From NCBI GenBank assembly GCA_965205865.1, contig CBDBHR010000028.1:160001-224000 (forward strand): a DNA stretch of 64,000 nucleotides, read 5' to 3'. Made by a program: the position numbers and the translations under genes. Below the pieces are notes generated by a model. The model was not told the origin of the DNA, did no database searches, and saw nothing but the letters and a program-made list of their open reading frames with translations. This DNA comes from a bacterium (GTDB lineage Bacteria; SAR324; NAC60-12). Below, piece by piece: positions 57,518-64,000 of the stretch. Positions within the stretch are counted from its first letter, which is position 1. The number at the start of each line of letters is the position of its first letter.

Positions 57518-59425
57518 ATGCATCAAATTTGGCTCGTTCCGGCATTCCCGCTCATCGGATTCATTCTCAACGGACTGTTTGGTAAATTTTTTGGAAAACG
57601 GTTTGTCAGCTTTGTCGGGCCTTTGACGATTGGATTTGCCTTCCTACAGTCCTTGGTGCTCTTCTTCCAGATGCTTGCCACCGAAAACCAAGTCCTGCAT
57701 GAAAACCTGTATACCTGGATGCAAGCTGGTATTTTGAATCTCAATGTGGGCTTTTCAGTCGACCCGTTGTCCGCACTCTTTTTACTGGTCATTACGGGTG
57801 TTGGTTTTTTAATCCACGTGTATTCAATCGGATACATGTACGAGGAGGATTCTTATTATCGCTTCTTCAGCTATCTCAATCTCTTCGTGTTTTTCATGCT
57901 CTTGCTGGTTCTTGCGGACAATTTTGTGCTTATGTTTGTGGGTTGGGAAGGTGTCGGACTGTGTTCTTACCTGCTGATCGGCTATTATTTTGAAAAGCAA
58001 ACGGCCATCGATGCCTGCAAGAAAGCATTCATCACCAACCGGATTGGCGATTTCGGTTTTCTTAGCGGAGTGATGCTGATTTTTATTTTTTTCGACACTC
58101 TGGCCTTTGAGGAAGTCAACGCCCAAGCAGCCTCCGTGCTGGAGCCCGGAGGGTTGATTGTTACGCTCATCACACTATTTCTTTTTTTGGGAGCAACGGG
58201 CAAGTCTGCGCAAATCCCCCTTTATGTCTGGTTGCCGGATGCCATGGAAGGGCCGACACCGGTTTCCGCACTGATTCATGCAGCCACCATGGTCACTTCC
58301 GGCCTTTACATGTTGGCCCGGCTCAGTCATTTATTCGTCCTGGCTCCCATCACCATGAATCTGGTTGCCATCATTGGTGTTGTGACCGCGATTCTGGCAG
58401 CCACCATTGCCATCACGCAAACGGATATCAAACGGGTTCTGGCATATTCCACAGTCAGTCAATTGGGATACATGTTCCTGGCCATGGGTGTGGGAGCGTT
58501 TGGTGTCGGCGTTTTTCATGTGATGACCCATGCTTTTTTCAAAGCCCTTTTGTTCCTTTGCTCAGGTGCGGTAATCCATGCATTGCATCATGAACAGGAC
58601 ATGATGAAAATGGGAGGTTTGAAGAACAAGCTTCCCGTGACATACATTACGATGCTCATCGGCGCCATCGCCATTGCCGGGATCCCTCCTTTTGCCGGTT
58701 TTTTCAGCAAAGACGAAATTCTCTGGAAAACCTGGAGTAGTGGAAATATGTCCCTCTGGTTGATCGGCTTTACAACGGCAATTTTGACGTCATTTTACAT
58801 GTTTCGACTCATTTTCCTCACTTTCCATGGGGAGTCCCGGGTGGACTCGCGCACAGCGGCCCAAATCCATGAAGCCCCGATTTCAATGCTCGCCCCTCTG
58901 GTGATCCTGGCGATTCTTTCAATTTTTGGAGGATTGTTTGGCGTGCCCCACGTCCTGTATTTTTTACCCAATGGCATGGAAATGTACTTTGAAGGGTTTT
59001 ATGCGAAAGTGCCGGCCGGTCATGGTTCTTCCGTCACTGAAGCGGTCCTCATGGTGGCATCCGTCATTGCGGTCCTGATTCCTCTTTGGTTTGCCTGGAA
59101 ATTGTATGCGGGGAAATTGGATCAGGTCCGCAGCTGGAAAGAACAGTATGCGCTTCTTTACAAACTATCCCTGAATAAATATTATGTAGACGAAGCCTAT
59201 GATTTGTTATTCATCCAATCCATAAAGAAACTGTCGACCGTTGTTTTCTGGCGATGGTTCGACTTAGGCGTGATCGACCGCTTTGTCCTTCTGACCGGAG
59301 ACATTGCGCGTGCATCCGGAGGCATGATTCGTACTCTCCAAAACGGGGTCCTCCAACAGTATGCCGTTATATTCGCATTGGGCGCAGTGATCATCCTTTG
59401 GTACCTGATATTTCTACCTCTATAA
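57518..59425 (+). CDS. nuoL: NADH-quinone oxidoreductase subunit L
   Basis: GWEGVGLCSYLLIG, GKSAQIPLYVWLPDAMEGPTPVSALIHAATMV; RBS GGAG before ATG 57518. Confidence 0.97.
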   Translation: MHQIWLVPAFPLIGFILNGLFGKFFGKRFVSFVGPLTIGFAFLQSLVLFFQMLATENQVLHENLYTWMQAGILNLNVGFSVDPLSALFLLVITGVGFLIHVYSIGYMYEEDSYYRFFSYLNLFVFFMLLLVLADNFVLMFVGWEGVGLCSYLLIGYYFEKQTAIDACKKAFITNRIGDFGFLSGVMLIFIFFDTLAFEEVNAQAASVLEPGGLIVTLITLFLFLGATGKSAQIPLYVWLPDAMEGPTPVSALIHAATMVTSGLYMLARLSHLFVLAPITMNLVAIIGVVTAILAATIAITQTDIKRVLAYSTVSQLGYMFLAMGVGAFGVGVFHVMTHAFFKALLFLCSGAVIHALHHEQDMMKMGGLKNKLPVTYITMLIGAIAIAGIPPFAGFFSKDEILWKTWSSGNMSLWLIGFTTAILTSFYMFRLIFLTFHGESRVDSRTAAQIHEAPISMLAPLVILAILSIFGGLFGVPHVLYFLPNGMEMYFEGFYAKVPAGHGSSVTEAVLMVASVIAVLIPLWFAWKLYAGKLDQVRSWKEQYALLYKLSLNKYYVDEAYDLLFIQSIKKLSTVVFWRWFDLGVIDRFVLLTGDIARASGGMIRTLQNGVLQQYAVIFALGAVIILWYLIFLPL

Positions 59426-59515
59426 AAAAACATGGCTTCCACCCGTCTCCTTGCCTCCCACCCTTCACGTTTTATAAGGAGATTGTACACGCTCTCTTCA
59501 ATATCGGAGGACTTT

Positions 59516-60055
59516 ATGAAATTTTTAAGGCCAACCATTCTTGTCATTTTTGTTTGCCTCTGCATCTCCACCCAGGTATTTGGCCTGGAATCTTTTAAAA
59601 TCGGGGTCATTGATCTGAATCGCGCAATCAATGAATCGGAAGAGGGAATTCGTTCCAGAAATCTGTTGGAAGAGGAAGGACGCCGGATGCAGCAAGAATT
59701 GAATCTGGAGGAGGAAGAATTGAGAAAACAAGCCGCCGACGCGCGCAATAACTTGCTTCTGACTGAAACCGCCAGGAAGGAGAAAGAAGCAGAATTGAAA
59801 AATCAGGAGCAGTTTCTGATCCGGAAAGGCAAACAGTACGAACAGTCAATCCGCGCCAAAGAACGACAAATGACCAATCAGATGTTCAATGAATTGAAAG
59901 CAGTGATACGCACGGTGGCCAAAAACGGGAATTTTGACGTTGTGTTGGAAAAAACGGCATCAGAGATCATCCTTTACATAAACAACGAAACCACGGATTT
60001 GACCGAACAAGTAATCGATCATTACAATTCTCTCAAAGCCCCGGTCAAAGAATGA
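59516..60055 (+). CDS. skp: OmpH/Skp periplasmic chaperone
   Basis: Signal peptide, KIGVIDL, coiled coil, FDVVL..DLTEQVI; RBS GGAGG. Confidence 0.88.
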   Translation: MKFLRPTILVIFVCLCISTQVFGLESFKIGVIDLNRAINESEEGIRSRNLLEEEGRRMQQELNLEEEELRKQAADARNNLLLTETARKEKEAELKNQEQFLIRKGKQYEQSIRAKERQMTNQMFNELKAVIRTVAKNGNFDVVLEKTASEIILYINNETTDLTEQVIDHYNSLKAPVKE

Positions 60056-60504
60056 CAGCAACAATTGTCTACGATCTCGAGCAGATAAAGGAGATTTTAC
60101 CGCAACGCTACCCTTTTCTTCTCATCGATCGTATCCTGGAACTGGACCCGGGAGTTTCATGCAAAGGGTTGAAAAACATTTCAGGAAGTGAACCATTCTT
60201 CCAGGGACATTTCCCGGACTATCCCGTCATGCCAGGCGTTCTGGTGGTGGAAGCCCTGGCGCAGGTAGGAGGCGTGGCGGCGCATTCGGAAGTGAAAGGG
60301 ATTCCTAAAATACGGTTTGGCGGAATCGAAAAAGCACGTTTCAAACGCCCTGTGGTCCCAGGAGATCAATTGATTCTGGACGTGGTAGTGGAAGCTCATC
60401 GCCAGTATCTCTGGCACTTTGGAGGCACAGCGTCCGTTGCGGGAGATGTGGTTGCCACCACCCTGGTCAAAATGATGATTTTCCCTCCCCAGGCTTCAAA
60501 ATAA
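60052..60504 (+). CDS. fabZ: 3-hydroxyacyl-ACP dehydratase
   Basis: LPQRYPFLLIDR, FFQGHFP..PVMPGVL..EALAQ. Confidence 0.95.
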   Translation: MTATIVYDLEQIKEILPQRYPFLLIDRILELDPGVSCKGLKNISGSEPFFQGHFPDYPVMPGVLVVEALAQVGGVAAHSEVKGIPKIRFGGIEKARFKRPVVPGDQLILDVVVEAHRQYLWHFGGTASVAGDVVATTLVKMMIFPPQASK

Positions 60505-60549
60505 GAGAGCGCCTCCGGCAAAGTATCTGAACCGCAACCAGAGAGTATC

Positions 60550-60831
60550 ATGTTTTCGATTGATGATGTCCGTAAAATCGCCAGTCTCTGCCATTTGGAG
60601 CTGACAGATGCAGAAAAAAAAACTTTTGCCCGGCAATTTTCCACAATCCTCGACTATTTTGAGATTCTGGAGACCCTTGAAGTTCCCCCGGAGTCTGCAG
60701 ATCGAGACGAGAGCATGTTGGTTATTTTTCAAGACGATCACAGCAAACCATCTCCAGTTGCTCCCGAACAATTCAGTCCGTACACTGAAAACGGATGTTT
60801 CAAAGTCCCTAGAGTGATCGACGCGTCTTGA
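60550..60831 (+). CDS. gatC: Asp/Glu-tRNA amidotransferase subunit C
   Basis: DVRKIASL..L, ILDY, FKVPRVI. Confidence 0.85.
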   Translation: MFSIDDVRKIASLCHLELTDAEKKTFARQFSTILDYFEILETLEVPPESADRDESMLVIFQDDHSKPSPVAPEQFSPYTENGCFKVPRVIDAS

Positions 60832-60832
60832 T

Positions 60833-63046
60833 ATGAATCTCAAAAAAAAAGTTTTACTCCGTATCTTGGAACAGAGCGGAGCGCCTTTGAGTTTGAAACA
60901 AATTCGCCACCGGCTGGGAGTCAAAAAACAGCAACTGGCAAAGCTCAAAGCCTTGCTGGATGCTCTCGTTCTGAAAGGTAAATTAGAGCAGGTCGGCGGC
61001 GAATTTCTCTTGGCCAGCAAACGTTCTTGCGCTTCACAGTCTCCACCATCCCTTCATAAAAAGGCGCATGCCAATAAATCAATTCTTCCCGGTTTGAGGG
61101 GAATTTTTTCCAAGACTCCCCGGGGGTTTGGGTTTGTGAGCATGGCAAAAGGGCAAGATGTTTACATTTCCCGCCGAGATCGGCATGGAGCGCTGGATGG
61201 CGACCGGGTGGAGGTCGTCCTGACCGGAAGCCGGCGTCCTGGTCAGCGAAAAGGAAAAATCGTAGGGATTGTAGAAAAAAAGCCCCGCTCTTTTCTAGCC
61301 CGTCTGGTTCGGGGAAAACGGATGACTCTGGCCCTGCCGATCAACAAAAATTCCGAATTACCACCCGTCGTGATTTCGCCGCAAGACGATTTGGCGGAAG
61401 CACGGTCGGGAGATTTGATTTCAGGGATTTTGGTGCCGGCACTTGCTCATTCGAAAGATATATTTGGCAAAATCCTCAAAGTCTTGCCAGCGCAAACCAT
61501 GGATGAGTTAGCCTTTGATTTGATTTTGACCGAAAATCAAATTGCAACGGAATTTTCAGAAGAAGCCTGCTGCGCAGCAGAAAATCTTCCGCAACGCGTC
61601 CTCTTCCATGCTGAATCCGGTCGGGTCGATTTACGAGCCTTGGGATTTGTCACGATTGACGGCAAAAATGCCAGGGATTTCGATGATGCGGTTTATGTGG
61701 AAAAACAGGACTCGGGCACATTCCGTTTATTCGTTGCTATTGCAGATGTTGCCCATTACGTCCGTCCCAATTGTCCAATTGATCAGGAAGCATATCAACG
61801 AGGAACCAGCGTCTATTTTCCCACTCATGCCATTCCCATGCTTCCTGATATCTTGTCGAATCACCTGTGCAGTTTGCGTCCGGGAGTCAACCGGCTGACT
61901 CTGACCTGTGAAATGGAAATCAATGCCGAAGGCCAGGTACGAGATTTTTCGATCTATGAGAGTCTGATTCGCAGCCAGGCCCGTCTGACTTACGAGGAGG
62001 TGGCAGCTTTTCTGGAGGGAAACCCGACTAACATCCGCAGTAAAAAAATCCGGGATTCGTTACGGATCATGTATGAGTTGTCTGAATTGCTCGCTCGCAA
62101 GCGCTACCAGCGAGGCGCCATCGATTTTATCTTCCCCGAGTATAGAGTGGAATTGAATGAGACGGGAGAAATCGTGGGATTTCGCAAAGAATTTCAGTCG
62201 GTTTCGATGCGAATCATCGAACAATTCATGTTGGAAGCCAATGAAACTGTCGCCCAACATTGTCTCCGTTATGATTTGCCAGGATTGTACCGTGTCCATG
62301 ACAAGCCGGACATATTCAAAATGGAAAAACTGCAAAACACCTTCTGGCGCCTGGGACTCTCCGACAAAGCCGTTTCATTCCGTAATTCCCAAAAAATCAA
62401 CCAGTTTCTCAGGAAATTGAAAGGGCATCCCCATCGCCATCAAATTCAGTTAATGCTCTTGAAGAGTATGGCCCTGGCTAGTTATCGCACTGGCAACAAA
62501 GGGCACTATGGATTGGCAGCCAAACACTATACCCATTTCACTTCCCCAATCAGGCGTTACCCGGATCTCATCGTGCAGCGAGCCCTGAAGACAAAGCTAC
62601 GGGCGGATCGCATGGGGAAACCCTACCACGGAAAAACAGTTCCCCCGGAAGTAGCAGAACATTTGTCCCAACAGGAAAGGAAAGCAGAGCTTGCAGAACG
62701 ACAAAGTTACGAGTTGATCAAGACCATTTTCCTGGAACGCTACCTCGGACAGTTCCTCGAGGCACAAGTGGTCGCGGTGCATTCTGCAGGACTGACCACG
62801 GAATTGACGGACCATCGTATTGAATGTTTTGTTCCCATGGAGGCGCTCCATGACGATTATTATCACTATGATGAAAGAAGGCTTTTGTTGTATGGCCAAA
62901 ACAGCAATCGTCTGGTTCAGGCCGGGACCTTGCTACAACTCCAAATGACACGCGCCGACCAGGTCCAGCGCACCATCGAGTTTCGACTGGAGCGCTGGCT
63001 GGATGAGCCAGCTTTGAAACCTGTTGTCGAAACTCATCAACGCTGA
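60833..63046 (+). CDS. rnr: Ribonuclease R
   Basis: GFGFV, TIDGKNARDFDDA, RGTSVYF, HFTSPIRRYPD, C-terminal S1 domain. Confidence 0.95.
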   Translation: MNLKKKVLLRILEQSGAPLSLKQIRHRLGVKKQQLAKLKALLDALVLKGKLEQVGGEFLLASKRSCASQSPPSLHKKAHANKSILPGLRGIFSKTPRGFGFVSMAKGQDVYISRRDRHGALDGDRVEVVLTGSRRPGQRKGKIVGIVEKKPRSFLARLVRGKRMTLALPINKNSELPPVVISPQDDLAEARSGDLISGILVPALAHSKDIFGKILKVLPAQTMDELAFDLILTENQIATEFSEEACCAAENLPQRVLFHAESGRVDLRALGFVTIDGKNARDFDDAVYVEKQDSGTFRLFVAIADVAHYVRPNCPIDQEAYQRGTSVYFPTHAIPMLPDILSNHLCSLRPGVNRLTLTCEMEINAEGQVRDFSIYESLIRSQARLTYEEVAAFLEGNPTNIRSKKIRDSLRIMYELSELLARKRYQRGAIDFIFPEYRVELNETGEIVGFRKEFQSVSMRIIEQFMLEANETVAQHCLRYDLPGLYRVHDKPDIFKMEKLQNTFWRLGLSDKAVSFRNSQKINQFLRKLKGHPHRHQIQLMLLKSMALASYRTGNKGHYGLAAKHYTHFTSPIRRYPDLIVQRALKTKLRADRMGKPYHGKTVPPEVAEHLSQQERKAELAERQSYELIKTIFLERYLGQFLEAQVVAVHSAGLTTELTDHRIECFVPMEALHDDYYHYDERRLLLYGQNSNRLVQAGTLLQLQMTRADQVQRTIEFRLERWLDEPALKPVVETHQR

Positions 63047-63058
63047 CACTGAATAACC

Positions 63059-64000
63059 ATGGCCAAAACCATCTATTCCCTGGCAATCCATCCCGAATGT
63101 ATTGAAGGGATACAATTGGTCAAACGCAATGAACGCTTTTCGAGCAAAGCAGAGCATTCCTCCGCGTTCCTTCCCATATCAAAGGGCGTGACACTGGAGG
63201 AAAGGATAGAAAATTTCTTGGAAACACATAAATGGAGCAATCATCAAATCTCCTTGATCATCCCTTGCGAAGAAGTCTCTTTCCGTGTCCTCAATTTTCC
63301 ATTTCAGGACAAAAAGAAGGTCAAGATGGCCCTCCCGTTCGAGATTGAAAGCGAAGTTCTCACGGAGAGAGAAGACAGCAAGTATCAATACGCCACGCAA
63401 ATGCTGCCTGATGGGACAACTCGGGTATTTTTACTTGTCATCCCCACCGCCTATCTGCAAATGCTGATCCTGCTTTGCGCCCGGTATGACCTTTTGATCA
63501 AGAATATTGATTGTGCCGCGTATAAACTGTTCAATAGCATTCCCTCCCCCGAGGAGAATAATCCCCGCTTCCAGGTTTACCTTGGAGTCGAAGAAACGTT
63601 CATAAATGTGATTGAAAACCAACATCTCCAGGCCATTAAAGTTTTTCCCAACCGGCTCGCCTCCTATCTGAAAGAATCCCCGGGCATACAGCAGTTGGAT
63701 CGTCATGATCTTTGTCAAAGCATCCTCGATGCTCCCAAAATACCGGCACCCGGAAGACAGAACCAATCCAACCCCTCGCCAGCATCTCTTATCCAAGATG
63801 AAATACTGATTCTGTGTACGCAGTTTAACTTGTTTGCAAGAACTTGGAATTTTCGGGAATCCCCTCATGTCTCCTATCATGGCTTGTTCGGTATTCTCCT
63901 TGAATGGGATGGCGCATCCTTTAAACTGCGCAATGGCGTGTCGGCGCATAGTGCGAATCTGGCTTATGAAAATTCCCCACCGAATACTCCGGTTCAAAAT
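63059..64000 (+). CDS. GspL/PilM-like (type II secretion / pilus assembly) protein, 3'-partial
   Basis: Open frame from ATG 63059 to the window end (absent from the ORF track); VSFRVLNFPFQDKKKVKMALPFEIE pattern. Confidence 0.6.
   Translation, partial: MAKTIYSLAIHPECIEGIQLVKRNERFSSKAEHSSAFLPISKGVTLEERIENFLETHKWSNHQISLIIPCEEVSFRVLNFPFQDKKKVKMALPFEIESEVLTEREDSKYQYATQMLPDGTTRVFLLVIPTAYLQMLILLCARYDLLIKNIDCAAYKLFNSIPSPEENNPRFQVYLGVEETFINVIENQHLQAIKVFPNRLASYLKESPGIQQLDRHDLCQSILDAPKIPAPGRQNQSNPSPASLIQDEILILCTQFNLFARTWNFRESPHVSYHGLFGILLEWDGASFKLRNGVSAHSANLAYENSPPNTPVQN

Noticed and set aside
1-64000. CRISPR array, rRNA, tRNA
   Set aside because: No regularly spaced short repeats, cas genes or recognisable structural RNA genes; the repeats seen are irregular duplications and IS ends.

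Overview
Bacterial chromosomal window. Gene content and style suggest a deltaproteobacterial/SAR324-like genome; this is inference only. Left flank (1-4.2 kb): acyltransferase, AICAR-transformylase-only purH and yebC-ruvC-ruvA, with no ruvB. From about 4.3 to 47.5 kb lies a heavily remodelled defence island. It holds a Type I R-M locus (hsdR plus an hsdM-hsdS fusion frameshifted at its NPPF motif, then HEPN and hypothetical cassettes and an orphan hsdS half), a translationally coupled dcm / GHKL-histidine kinase / receiver-effector / vsr operon with no restriction endonuclease, an ApeA-like HEPN gene and an ABC-ATPase-TOPRIM fusion. It also holds an in-frame DUF5131-TcmP'-XRE-Panacea chimera with a RelE-like toxin, a second Panacea-like gene split by an ISNCY element that is itself split by an IS1182 element, VapBC45-like and HigBA-like TA pairs, and two ABC-ATPase + DUF3226 (PARIS-like) pairs. 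The rest of the island is IS1380/IS66/IS5 relics, internal duplications meeting at a 37-bp core, an orphan family-5 solute-binding protein, recQ, ssb and a disrupted Dyp peroxidase. Right flank: acyl-CoA ligase, family III CoA transferase, a large membrane hypothetical, a partial nuo cluster (EFG-JKL), skp, fabZ, gatC, rnr and a GspL/PilM-like gene running off the end. No rRNA, tRNA or CRISPR array was recognised. All family calls come from motif recognition by eye, not database searches.
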